Origin: Laetmonice hystrix
Lineage: Eukaryota
Direction: 5' to 3'
DNA: 64,000 nucleotides
Assembly (NCBI GenBank): GCA_965235115.1
Contig: OZ249436.1
Location: forward strand, 13,208,001 to 13,272,000
Under the pieces are notes generated by a model. It did not search any database, was not told the DNA's origin, and saw only the letters and a program-made list of their open reading frames with translations. This document shows, piece by piece, positions 26,819-40,500 of the stretch (position 1 is its first letter; each line of letters begins with the position of its first letter). The translations under genes and the position numbers were made by a program.

Positions 26819-27082
26819 CGGTGTAGACCTGTGGATCTCCCGGCCTCGGCCCCTTCCCTGACCGGTGTAGACCTGTGGATCTCCCGGCCTCGGCCTCTAC
26901 CCTGACCGGTGTAGACCTGTGGATCTCCCGGCCGCGGCCCCTTCCCTGACCGGTGTAGACCTGTGGATCTCCCGGCCTCGGCCCCTTCCCTGACCGGTGT
27001 AGACCTGTGGATCTCCCGGCCTCGGCCCCTTCCCTGACCGGTGTAGACCTGTGGATCTCCCGGCCGCGGCCCTGACCGGTGT
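26819..27082. repeat. 44-bp GC-rich minisatellite, about 6 copies, just upstream of the gene B ATG
   Basis: Unit ccggtgtagacctgtggatctcccggcctcggccccttccctga. Confidence 0.95.
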
Positions 27083-27238
27083 TACTCGGACCAGCTTATC
27101 GCCGGGTGGACCGTCCGCCCGCCCTCCACCTTCTCCCGACCCCCTTCTAACTGACTACACTGACCGGCGCTGATCGAGTGACCGGCTGGCCGGCCAGGGA
27201 GGATCGAGGAGTACGTACAGGCCGTATATACTGGAGAC

Positions 27239-27343
27239 ATGAAGACGGAGACGGTGTGGCTCCAGCGTCCTGGCAGTGACGTCCCGTGGGGATTCCGACT
27301 CCAGGGCGGGGCCGACCAGACTGGGCCTCTCACTGTCTGCCGG
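27239..27343 (+). CDS. Gene B exon 1: PDZ N-terminus, ALP/Enigma (Zasp/PDLIM) family
   Basis: MKTETVWLQRPGSDVPWGFRLQGGADQTGPLTVCR|gtaggt (phase 0); PWGFRLxGG hallmark. Confidence 0.95.
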
Positions 27344-28319
27344 GTAGGTCACGCCGATAACAGGGCCGCGCGCGCTGCCAATATCAGTTTATCATATAGT
27401 AGCAACCATGCAGTCAAATCTGATCTTCGACTCGCTTTTAGAATATTTACCCAGACCTTATCAATATTCTATTAGCTGTCACTTGTAGTTGGCCGAAGAA
27501 AACGTTAAATACCTAAATATTTGGTATTTCTGGAGGTTGGCTATTTTTCCCACGTAATTTTGATTTTGAAAAATAACATAACTATAAGTTCCCCTATAAC
27601 AGTATGATTATGAGCGGCGACATTACTGTTTCCATCCTTTAATCATCTGATTGTGAGTGTCCCTGCCGGAAACCCTGACCTCCCCCTGCCCCCCCTGCCC
27701 CCCCCCCCCCGCCGACACTGAATCATGGCTGTTGAGGGGGCACACAGCCCAGCACACACAGCATGCGTCACCAAACTCCAGTTATTGTTGTTTCTTCTAA
27801 ACAAGGCCTGTGTGTGTGGGGGGGGGGGTACTTCTACTTTAATGTACATTATATTATACATATTGCACATATTTTAAATCTTATTTGAATTGGATTTTAA
27901 GTTTATTCGCAGGCAAATATATAGATGTATAAATTATAACGGCTGACATAATTAAATAATACTTCAGAGGCCTACATTATTTACACGTACATAATACATA
28001 ATGAACTACAACACATTAGTATACATCCATGCCTACATACTGTACACATGTACTTCTATATACCCATACCTACATACCTACATTATTACATACACACGCA
28101 GAGAGAGGAATGAGAAGGATAGGGTAACTCGTGTTTCCCCACCCCAGGTTGGTGACGGGTCCCATTAATATACCCCTACCCGCCTCCACATGACGTATAA
28201 TACATACGATGGGGGTGTGGAGTACGTAGTCTACCGGCCTTAGTAGTCTTGGTACAGCCGAGGGTAAGTAACCCAACACCCTCTCGGCCTACAGGCGGAC
28301 CTCAGCCACCCAACGCCGG

Positions 28320-28329
28320 CTAAATATAG
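28320..28329. promoter_or_regulatory. Possible MEF2 site in gene B intron 1
   Basis: CTAAATATAG matches YTA(A/T)4TAR, with a CAGCTG E-box about 30 bp downstream; motif match only. Confidence 0.3.
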
Positions 28330-31300
28330 TAACATCCTAGAAGTCTCAACGACTCTCGGGCCAGCTGTGATGGTCTGCGCTGTTTGCTATGATCAGCACA
28401 TGTAGCTCAGGGTGCTGATGTAAACTGTTCATTGGGCCGGTTAACTCAACCCCCAACCGTCTCTATACCTATAGGATGATACAGTTATCGGCTAGCCTCA
28501 GTCTGCAGACGTTATTTATTTACTCTCCTGCACCCATGCCCTGGGTTTACATGAATTCCCGCACCAATAGTTATCCAATATTACAAAAAGTTAAGAAACC
28601 AAAACAGAAACATAAAAAAAACAACTGCCGTCTGCCGATCGACTGCATGGGTACGGTTTATATGACTGCCTCTCCGGAATCAGCTGTATAGGCAACGCGG
28701 GAACATATGATTATGATATATCAACTCTGCTAGAGATTACACTTTTGCAAGCTTTCAGAACACATTTAACATGATGAACACATAGTGACAAAGGGTATAT
28801 CTGCTGAACTGAATGACATAGAAAAAATATTGTACTGCTTTTACATTTGATATTAGATGTTATCATACATTAAGGATATGAACGTTGTCCTGCCGGTAAC
28901 TTTGATTTGGAGTAGCACTATCACATTAATTACAGCCAGGTGCATGGTGAGTGTAATATCAAATATATCACACCGCGGTTAGTTTATTCACACTATCACC
29001 GACATGTGAAAGTGCTTCGAAAACCGATCCGACCGAGTACACCTTTCTAAACACAGACGTCCATTTCAACCAGGGGTGGAACATATTACATATGGAACAT
29101 ATAGGGGTGGAACATATTACATATGGAACATATAGGGGTGAAGTTAGGTTAAGATTATAGACTACATAATGGCGGTGAGGTATATTCAGTTCACTGATCG
29201 GTTCGAGTATAGAGGGGTGGGGGCATCAGTCAGGCGTCAACATTGACGAGCCCTGCACGCCCATGCACTAATTATCGTCCTGAGAAGGTACACGTCTGAT
29301 ATTAACGCTGTGCTAGTAATATTATTTATCTGCTCTTTCCTGTGAATGTATTTGGTCAAAATCCGTCGTCTTAAGCCGAAAGAGCGAGCGAGTGGGTGAG
29401 AATTGATGATCGTCAAAAATGCTTAGTTCCTCGTCTACAACACCCCTACAGACACACACACCCTACATACACAACACCCCTTACATAGACTACACATCAC
29501 AGATTCACACAGGCACCCTCCCACAGATAACATTCACTAAACATAAGTCATTTTGTGTTAGGTTTCAAAAGGTCCATTCATATACGGGATGGTGACGATT
29601 ACCAACGCATCCGTTAGTGCTAAGTCTGGTGTAAAATCTCTGGAAACAACGGGCCCTTATCGTAGCTGGCCAGATCCATGTCTGAATTCGGCCCGGGGTG
29701 TCAGTACCAATATTTCCATTCATATACAGCAGGTGTAGGCACCGTGCTCTTTCTGTCAATGTACCGGTCTTCATTTTTAATGTGGTATTTCCCACTGCAA
29801 GTACAAATCTCACCCCTTCCTATGTTGAATTATTTCTGTTAATTTAAGGATTGAAAATATAATGTATTTACTACATATGACTGAGATAGAGTCGAAGTAT
29901 CTATACCTGATATTTTTATTGAGATATGATTATTTAGAATGGAGATAATTAAATACTTTATCACTCATGGTTTATAGGGTTTGACATCGAAAACTTCCTC
30001 TGACCTTTCTATCAAAATTGTGCTTAGAACGCATTTTAGGCAGGAATCAAGGTCCTGTATAAAACGGGAAAGACACGTTGGTGTTGGTGTGACTGGTGAT
30101 GTTGTAGTCTGGAGTAACTACATACGGTTAGTATGCCTTGTAACAGGTGGACAGGCGAAATGGCGTGAAGTTGTGAAACCGATCCGCTGCGTTTTTGTGT
30201 AATTCTCGAGATACATTTCATCGGACTGCTGTGAGAAATGTGTAAAAGCGGCTGTAGCGTCTGCAGTGATGCCATGTGCCGTAGACTGAAGACAAAACAC
30301 TGGCGTGTGGGATGACAGAAAACAGACACCGCCCAGTATCATAGGCCTATAGACATGCAGGCCTATAATCGCTAGTCTTATGGAGAACATCTCTTGGTGC
30401 AAAAATGTACCGAGGATTCAATTAGGTATGTGTGTATAAGACGGGTGTTACATCCCTGCTAATCAGGCATTTATTTGTATGCCGCCCTGTCAGTTCGGAA
30501 TAACGGTTGTGTCAGAGCGACTGAGTAAAGATAATCTAGACAAGATCCGGGACGGTGAGACAACGAATCGTTTAATACACATTCATGCAACCTTTCAACA
30601 TAAAAGAAACGATTCTAACGTGAAACAGTTGCCATGGAACCATCTTGGCTGCTTGCACATGTATACAGAACAAGAACGTAGGAACTGTGGTGAAGTAGTA
30701 CTTGGCTGGTGGCGTATAGAGTGGTGAGGGTTAGTGGGTCGGTACCGGCTGTCTCAGCTGGAGGACGCCTCCCTCCGCTGACGTGCTTGACTCACGGCTC
30801 GCCCGGCTTACGTCGGCCGTCACCGGGAAGTCAATTTGCCGGCGATGTTTTGTTATAAGCTGCAACACTACAGCAAGCAGGGTTGACGCAGCAACGGGCT
30901 GAGAAAAACGTCCACCCGGCTCTGCCTTGAGTGTCACAGCTGAACCTCAGCACGCAAACACGGCACGTGTATGGACGCTGGCACTAGCTTCTTGTACGGA
31001 TTATCTCTGCCGTAACGACTGGATCCTGGATCAGGGGCGAGGGTCTAATCCGGAGGATACATCTTCTGGGATATCCCGACCTGAATGACAACAGTTTCCA
31101 TCACGTGACTTGGGAAGCAGGAAATAATAAAAAAAACACATACACACAGCCGGGTCAATTTCTGCAGCAAAATACGAGCATCAATTATAACTGGATGATT
31201 TAACGTGCAACGGCTTGGGTCAACGTAACCTGACACTTAACACTAGGTGAGTAAAACCATTCGTCTTTTAATTTTCTTTAATCCTGGGTACTTTCAAATC

Positions 31301-31667
31301 CCTTATTTTTTTTTTCGACCGCGAGGAATCTCTCCAGAGAATCGGGGTCACGCGAGTCTATTCCCCGCATGTTGATGCAGCCGATGACATCATGATCGTG
31401 TTGGTTGAGAAAAATAATTACATGACAACAAAAACACATAGACTATACATTCAGGAATACTGTGGCTCTTGTGGCCGTGGCTGGCCGATGGATCAGAGGC
31501 TAGCCTCCCCGGCCCCCGTGACACTGCCGGGTCACACAGTGCTGGAGTTATAGATTTCCCATTCGTCACCGTCGGATGGAATAGGAGCTGGTGGGAGCCT
31601 CGTGTTGGTCGGCTACTCGGACTGAGGTCGGCAAGTCGTGGAGATACAGACGACGATTTGTGTCGCC

Positions 31668-32252
31668 AACACTTTCCTATGTGTTAATGGCGGGAAAACC
31701 AACCCCGCCACCACTTTCCTATGTGTTAATTGCGGGAAAACCAACCCCGCCACCACTTTCCTATGTGGTAATGGTGGGAAAACCAACCCCGCCACCACTT
31801 TCCTATGTGTTAATGGCGGGAAAACCAACCCCGCCACAACGTCCCTGTGTTAATGGCGGAAAAATCAACCCCGCCACCATTTTCCTATGTGTTAATGGGG
31901 GGAAAACCAACCCCGCCACCACTTTCCTATGTGTTAATGGCGGGAAAACCAACCCCACCACAACTTTCATGTGTTAATGGTGGGAAAACCTACCCCGCCA
32001 CCACTTTCCTATGTGGTAATGGCGGGAAAACCAACCCCGCCACAACTTTCATGTGTTAATGGTGGGAAAACCTACCCCGCCACCACTTTCCTATGTGGTA
32101 ATGGTGGGAAAACCAACCCCGCCACCACTTTCCTATGTGGTAATGGTGGGAAAACCAACCCCGCCACCACTTTCCTATGTGGTAATGGTGGGAAAACCAA
32201 CCCCGCCACCACTTTCCTATGTGGTAATGGTGGGAAAACCAACCCCGCCACC
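31668..32252. repeat. About 42-bp minisatellite, about 14 copies
   Basis: Unit ccactttcctatgtgttaatggcgggaaaaccaaccccgcca. Confidence 0.95.
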
Positions 32253-33629
32253 TCTATAGCCCCCTTACATCTATATATTCTATATAGCACAAGACTTCTT
32301 TTTTTTTGTTTCTTGGGGGGGGGGGGGTTAAGTCAAATCTACTTTGTTATTGGCAACAAAACATTTGATTGCCTGCCCACATGTACGCATCATGTCATAA
32401 AATATTAGGTACCACTGCACATTATGTGTGTATATCCATGTGCAAGGGTTTATTTAATGCCGTTCGAGGGTTATATTCCACGAACGAGATGTTAGCAGTT
32501 ACCCATGGCAGTTTCTGTCCTGACCTGATATGTTAATACATTGTTCAGCCCCACAATACGAGAGGTATCGACGTATACTGGTCTCCTCAGGGAATCACCT
32601 GAACCGTAACAACTAGCTGTACACAAGTACCTCTATCCCCCCCCCCCCCCTCCCCCCGGTCCGAATAAAGGAAGGCAAAGGAATGGAAGTATCCCCCCCC
32701 CCCGGTCCGAATAAAGGAAGGCAAAGGAATGGAAGTATTGAAAGGAGTATAGCTGAGAATGTATCAGGTTACAATGCTCTGTGTGGACGACAGAAGGCTA
32801 TTGTAACGTAACTATGCATGCTGGGTGTCGTCAGCTGTCAAAGGTGGTTTCTTCACCAATCGCTAAAGTTGTTTCATCATTGAGTCTAGCATTGCGAAAC
32901 GACCTCTGCTGAAAGGCGGTGCCGTTGAAGCATTCACTCTACTCTGGCTAAAGGGTTATTTCTGTCGCCATCCCTTTCTTTAAATGTTATAAATGAGGTT
33001 CTACGACGCTCAGTGCATTTTAAACATAGTAGTATTTTCCACAAAATATTATGTCTTTGTTTTATTGACATACTGTTGAATGCGACAGTATAGGCTACAC
33101 TCTAGATATCTAGCCTAGATGGAATTATCTATCTAGGCCCTATAATATGTAATTCAATCGTCATTTTTAAGGAGGTTGAAAAATGCAAACATTCATAGAA
33201 TATTCTAAGCAGGTCGAGTCAAAATTACATCATGATTATGTACTTGAAGGATAGACATGTAATTTAGCCTAAGATTATCGCTAGAGTTTCATCCATCCCA
33301 GCCAACCCCCTCATCGCCTGTAACTGATGTTGGTATTATTGACAATACCGACCGAGGACGGCCTGACATCCCGTTCAGATGTTCCTGGTGCCGACCACAA
33401 ACCGTCCGACGGGGAATACCCTCTGAGGCTGTCTCATCCTGCCACTCATACCCCCACCCCCACCCCCACCCCCACCACCACCCCACCCTCAGTGGTGTAC
33501 GGCACGCCCGGATGAAGTCGTCCACGTCCGTCCGGATCCCCCAGACCCCCATCAGACCCCCCCCCCCGGGTCCTCGTGGACCTGTCCATCGTCAGCGTTA
33601 TTATCCTCTCGTCAGATGATCTCAGCGCT

Positions 33630-34030
33630 CCACTTTATTATTCTGATATAGCTCCACTTTATTATTCTGATATAGCTACATGATTCCGCTATAACTGAAG
33701 TGACAATAAGTATAGGGTGTGACGATATTTATTATTCTGATATAGCTACACGATTCCGCTATAACTGAAGTGACAATAACTATAGGGTGTGACGATATTT
33801 ATTATTCTGATATAGCTACACTTTATTATTCTGATATAGCTACACGATTCTGCTATAACTGAAGTGACAATAAGTATAGGGTGTGACGATATTTATTATT
33901 CTGATATAGCTACATGATTCCGCTATAACTGAAGTGACAATAAGTATAGGGTGTGACGATATTTATTATTCTGATATAGCTACACGATTCCGCTATAACT
34001 GAAGTGACAATAAGAATAGGGTGTGACGAT
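33630..34030. repeat. About 70-bp tandem repeat with partial units
   Basis: tttattattctgatatagctacacgattccgctataactgaagtgacaataagtatagggtgtgacgata, about 5 copies. Confidence 0.9.
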
Positions 34031-34948
34031 AATCATTAATCAATACTATTGGGATAGGGGATAGATTATGATGTTGTGAAGCAGTAACTGTGGGAAGTGA
34101 AGTGTAAACTTTAGGAGATACATATGTTATAGAGAATTTCCATTAGGCATGGTTGAATGCCATTCAACAAAGCGCTAAGAGCAAAAAAAGGCAGCTTGTG
34201 CAACCAATGTGGAGCATACAGATATAAAGATACACTAATCATACACTAATAGAAGAAGAAAAATCAAGTATTCTGTCTGAAATTTTAGGGGAAAGGTCTG
34301 TTTGAGTGAAGAATCATTCAACTGTTCTTCAGGACAGACAAACACTTATCTGTTTCTATAACAACCCTGGTCTACGGAACCTTTAACGCGTGCCAGTTGC
34401 GTCGCCTTGCCGATGAAAAAAGATGCATTGGTTGTGGTATTGCCACTATAAAGACATCATAACCCTTGTTGTACACGTATTGTTATACCAGTGTTTGTAA
34501 GTTTATTCATGGAGGAGACACAAACCGATTTTCCAACTTCCAACGGTGGCAGTCAACATCAAATTTAACACGGATGTGGTCAGTCATCAGTCTAGACAAA
34601 ATAAACAACGTCACCCGCCCGAGTCAAGTGATCTCATTACGATAGCCTATACAGGAAATGCTTGTTTTCATTTGGTTCCAACCTGTCTCCCCCCTCCCTT
34701 CTTCAAAATAATCATAAATCATATGGAAAATACTTTTTAAATACGTGGAACGCGACAAGAATAGCGAAAAGAAATATGAAAAGGTAATATAGAAAATTAT
34801 CTGAAAATCCGAGCGCATTATTGAAACCTTTATATAGTCGGGAAAACCTTCCACCACAAAATATAGGAAGAGGTTTCCAAGCAGTCATTTTTTCTCTTTT
34901 GTTTCTTTATTGAAATCTTTCTTTCCTTCCCTTGGATGGGGTGGGACT

Positions 34949-35833
34949 TTGAGATGTTCTATACAACGATAAGTGGGGAGGCAATGATTGCTTAGTTTTG
35001 AAATGTTCTATACAACGATCAGTGGGAAGGCAATGATTGCTTAGTTTTGAGATGTTCTATACAACGATAAGTGGGGAAGCAATGATTGCTTAGTTTTGAG
35101 ATGTTCTATACAACGATAAGTGGGGAGATAATGATTGCTTAGTTTTGAGATGTTCTATACAATGATAAGTGGGAGGCAATGATTGCTTAGTTTTGAGATG
35201 TTCTATACAACGATAAGTGGGGAGATAATGATTGCTTCGTTTTGAGATATTCTATCCAACGATAAGTGGGGGGGGGCAATGATTGCTTAGTTTTGAGATG
35301 TTCTATACAACGATAAGTGGGGAGGCAATGATTGCTTAGTTTTGAGATGTTCTATACAACAATAAGTGGGGAGGCAATGATTGCTTAGTTTTGAGATGTT
35401 CTATACAACGATCAGTGGGAGGCAATGATTGCTTAGTTTTGAGATGTTCTATACAACGATCAGTGGGGAGGCAATGATTGCTTAGTTTTGAGATGTTCTA
35501 TACAACGATAAGTGGGAAGGCAATGATTGCTTAGTTTTGAGATGTTCTATACAACGATCAGTGGGAAGGCAATGATTGCTTAGTTTTGAGATGTTCTATA
35601 CAACGATCAGTGGGAGGCAATGATTGCTTAGTTTTGAGATGTTCTATACAACGATCAGTGGGAAGGCAATGATTGCTTAGTTTTGAGATGTTCTATACAA
35701 CGATCAGTGGGAAGGCAATGATTGCTTAGTTTTGAGATGTTCTATACAACGATAAGTGGGGAAGCAATGATTGCTTAGTTTTGAGATGTTCTATACAACG
35801 AAAAGTGGGGAAGCAATGATTGCTTAGTTTTGA
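34949..35833. repeat. 49-bp minisatellite, about 18 copies
   Basis: Unit ttgagatgttctatacaacgataagtggggaggcaatgattgcttagtt. Confidence 0.95.
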
Positions 35834-37384
35834 CAGATGTTTGGCAAGTGTCGTGACGACACGGTCTGAGACCGCGTGATTTGGCATGGATGGAGCCTAG
35901 TCTGACTTGACATCTCGTTAACAGATGTACATCCTAGATGAAGGATATACATATGTCATTCGTATCCGAGATTATACCACAACATGTGGGAATGAAAGAG
36001 GGCACAATGATTGGGCTATAACAGCAACACCTAGAGAATGAAATGTTATACATTTGTACATTTTAGGCCTACTGTATACAAATATCTTTGAAACATCTTT
36101 CAACTTTGAAAATGCATGTTCCCTGTCTGTTAAAACCCTCACCATAAAATATAAAATTTGCAATCGTTAATTTACTGCTGACCCACTTCATCCGTTGATA
36201 ATTGGTCAATTATTGCAAAGGAAGTTTCGTTTTGTATCCGGGATCCCGACCCAGTAAAAAATCGGCATGAGCGGGTCCGTGAAAGTCATTGGGTCGACAC
36301 GTAGCGATATCAGCAATCGTCCAGCATCCTTGTCACACGCAACCACACAGCCAATACATTTAGTCGTAACTTTCTTGGATTCTGTATAATTTGACATGCA
36401 CTAGGACATAATTCACCGGCATTCTAGCATACGTTACGAAGCCGTCGAATACTGAAGGCGTGAAGTTTGGTATCGATCCTGAGCTTTGACTTGGGATCAA
36501 TTCAAAAATCGGCTGGTGGTACAAAGGCTGAAACCAGTACACATAATCCGGCAGGATACCACCCATAGACTCGGCTACAATACACGTGTGACATCTGGCG
36601 GAGAACGAATTATGACATCGCAACCATGTGAAACGTCGCCGCAACACTTACAGGTTAGCTAGCTACAAGTAGCAGGCAAAGTAGGCCTATCTGAAAACAT
36701 CACAACATCCGCATGTCCAGCGTCTCAAAAATTAGGTTGGAATCAAAATATTCAGCCGGAAGGGCCGTGCTTGAGTAAACATTTTGGCGGGGAATGGGGG
36801 TTACCCGGTGCACGTGGGCCCTGAGTCCTGCATCACGAACATTGTTATAGGCCCGAGATGTATGCCCCTATACAGACAGTCTTTGCACTTTCGTTGCTCA
36901 ACGCATACAATGCATATAATTGGTAACATCTCATGGAATGGTATGACACCATTTGGTAGTTCTACTACGGACGTCGTGTGCATGGTCGTTCCCGCCCCCA
37001 TCGACCCCCCGGCGGGACCACCACCTGTGACTTGTGTAGTAGGGTTGGTTTTTACCTACCTGTGCTCTGTCTGCAACATCCTTGTGATCTCTACTCCACC
37101 ACGGGATCCTGCTAACGTATTCCCAACACACGCTTTTCAAAATTACGACTTCTCTGCAAATATAACATCGTCCCGAACGTGTTCCTCTTGTTGTATTTCG
37201 TCATGTAGAATGTCCCTAGTATTTAGCAAGTCCACTATCTTTCACTAAGTGTGAGGCTCGAGGGCGAGCCCTGGTTGGCCCGTTTCCACGTTGCCCATGC
37301 TAACGGTCGAGCTCGTTCAGCGATAGGCTTACCACCCGCCTAATATGCATTTGTTTTTCTGTTGCCCCCGCCGCCGCCGCCTCC

Positions 37385-37388
<4 letters not shown>

Positions 37389-37439
<51 letters not shown>
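37389..37439 (+). repeat. (CTG)17 immediately before the gene B exon 2 acceptor
   Basis: Read directly; ends 8 nt before the exon start. Confidence 0.95.
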
Positions 37440-37440
<1 letters not shown>

Positions 37441-37447
37441 GGTGCAG

Positions 37448-37596
37448 GTGTCTCCGGGAAGCATCGCGTCCACGGGCCTGGGTGTAGGCGATGAGATCCT
37501 GCGGGTGGGAGACGCCGATACAGCCTACCTCTCTCACAGCGAGGCCCAGAACCGCATCAAAGCTGCCGGCAACCTCCTCCAACTCCACATCGCCAA
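37448..37596 (+). CDS. Gene B exon 2: C-terminal part of the PDZ domain (149 nt, phase 0 to 2; absent from the ORF track)
   Basis: gtgcag|GTG ... GCC AA|gtaagt; VSPGSIASTGLGVGDEILRVGDADTAYLSHSEAQNRIKAAGNLLQLHIA. Confidence 0.95.
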
Positions 37597-40500
37597 GTAA
37601 GTCCTATTCTGTCTGCTTTCCTGGCAACCAGACCCTAAAGAATGTGTTCCGGGAGGTAAATATCTGGTGGATATTTCCCGGGTTCGATGATGCTGTGAGG
37701 ATCCTTCAGCCGGAGAGAGAGGGAGATTATTACAAACCTCGGTCGTGGTAGGGAATGGACAGTTACAGGCAAGATGGCTGCCGTGTGTACAGATGACGTG
37801 CCGGGAGAAACCATACTTTCTGCTAGGAAACCAAAATGGCGATCCACTGACTTGATGAATAATGTTTTTGCCTTAACTTTATGTACCAACATGGATAATA
37901 CTAAGAGGTTCGATGCCCTGGATGCACGCCGTGGTGGAAACTGTCGTGTATTATCGTTATTTTAAGAACTGATCATTTTCAGATATCAGGCCGAAACAGG
38001 ATAGGGTTACGTTACGTTTTCATCAATAAAATTCTGGATATTTTTCAGAATTTTTAAATTTTGAAATAAAAATTCAATCATTTACACATACCGCTCAGGA
38101 CTATCTTCGTGACCTATCCTATTGGAATATTAGTAATAAGGATTAGGCCTATAGGTGAACGTTTGTAAGTAAATAATTATGTATGCCTGTATGTGTACAC
38201 ATGGATCTTCCCATCTCTCTATGCGTACACATACATGTATGCAGATATAGAAGCGGAATTAAATTATATACAGGGGGCCACTTGGATGCCTACTCATGTA
38301 GGCATCCAAGTCTACATCTATACCTAGATATAACACTTTAAAACACAAGTGTAATTTGCATTCTTTGAACCACAGAAGAGAGGTGACCTTTTGAAATTGA
38401 CCCAACCCGTACGCGAGTTATTGATTAGAACAGCGGGATCTTCATAAAGAGGAATTGATCCAGATTTTTTAATTAAGATTAACGTTTTCGACGGACCAAT
38501 ATTGCTACGATAAAGAATTATATCGATGCGCTCCTTGCTATGGAGATAATTTTGTAAGTTTCTTATTATGACCAAATGTTTTCATAAGGTTGTGAGGATA
38601 AGAGAGACGTATAGTACTAATCTTTTGGATGGGTTCAGAAAATGGGGTTGCGTTACCGTGTCGTATGTAAACAAAAACACACAAGGGTTCGTTACACCTT
38701 ACTGGAGAGTCAGACACAGCACATATGTAGAGTACAGGTCCTACAGGCCGTGTTGTGAGATAGATGTTCAGTACTTAAGTTAAGCAATATATGAATAACG
38801 TATACATTAAAAGGGCAAGAAGTCATGAAGATGATCACATTATATAAAACACTATTCATAAGTAAAGTGTACCGTGAGTGAACTACTAAATGCGTGTGAA
38901 GTAATGATTGAATGATATCCCTCACATCAGGTCCGGGCTATTTGTAAACGAACCAGCATGTACAAGTTATTGGAATCAACATCGATTACCACATTGGTAA
39001 CAGCCAAGGCTTCTGTTGCACGAGGAGCCCCTGAACTATATTTTGCCTGGAAGCATTGACCTAGATATGCGAGAAGTCTCGAGCCTCCTCCTCCAATAGG
39101 CCGTCCCCCCGGGCAGCACCCTCCCCTCAGTGGAGGACAGTGCACGACCTTGTGGCTAACAGGTTATAGCTGACCTCGTGAACTGGGAACCTGGGATTTC
39201 GGGGAGCCAGATTAGCGGACACATTAGCCAGGAGAGGTTTATGCTTTGCTTGGGCAGCTGTAGATAATGTGCCACAGATTTGGAGATGTTAAGTACGATA
39301 TGTGAGGCGGGTCCCATAGTTATGATGCAGAAATGCGCTCGTAATCTTGCCTTCGGTATAGAAATGTAAGTTCTGGCAATGTTCGTACACAATGTCTTGC
39401 AGGATGGTCTGAGATTGAAGATCGGGTGACTATTTCTGTGACGTAATAATTGACCGTTGGTGCTTCCAGCTGGACATAGGAATCAATTGACATTTTAAGG
39501 CGTATATCACAAATAGAAATAAAATGTTGATATAGCCACAAGAAAACAAATGAAATTTGGAATTCCAAGTTTGTGACCGATCAGTAATCACTTCCATTAA
39601 CCTTCAAAGTTTGTACGGATCACGTGGTACAGCAAGGCAGGCTTATATTCTGTTGACTTCATTGTCATCTTCATTATTTCAGTGTCTACTGTCACTATTC
39701 AGGCGGTAATGATGATAAAACAGAAATACGTTTTCACGAGCTAACACCGTCCGGAGACTATTCTATTAGCATCCCAGTAAATAAGCAGGAAACACGGGCG
39801 GGGTAAGTGTTCTCTCGGTCCTACAGAATCTGATCACATCGGGAAGAGGTCGAGGTAAACAGGTGTTTCTAGTAGACTAACGTAATACACCGTGCCATGT
39901 CGGCAATCTGTCTTTGGCTTCTCTGTCTACCTTTCTCTTCGACTCGCTCGGCTCATTTTTTGTCTAAATATTGAATACGGTTGACGAAATTCTCCCTGCG
40001 CGATTATTCACGCAGAGTCATCAGTTTAGCATGGCAGGCGGAGGCGAGTGGTGATAGGCGAGGTTTGATAGGGCTAGAAGCCGCGGATACTGCACTATCT
40101 CCCGGCCACCAGTGTTGGTACTCGGGAAAACTTCCTCCCGTAAACCTGCAGTGTATAACCAACCGCAGCCAGAAATAACCGTCCGTATTTTCTCGGACGA
40201 CAGTATAGTCAGCAGTGCAACGTGAACAATCATTCGTGAACGCCGTCTGCAGCGTTCCTACTACCCCGAGATGGCCGCGCCATGGACCACAGGTTATAAA
40301 GTGAAACGATCCGCCATCTTGGATCCCCCCATGGGGGTTACTTCCGTTAAGCGAGTAGCAAGCCTGTGTTGACGGGAAGGTTTGAAAGTATACGCCTGCA
40401 CCTTTTCGCCATCAGGATTCACGAACAGCCGGGTGCAACTTTCCATAGAGTCATTCGATTTGTCTGGGGCCGTTTCCGAGATAATGTTGATTTTCGAGTT

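Noticed and set aside
38281..38327. 13-bp hairpin CTTGGATGCCTAC/GTAGGCATCCAAG followed by CTAG, as a Helitron 3' end
   Set aside because: CTAG is not followed by T and no 5' TC end could be identified.
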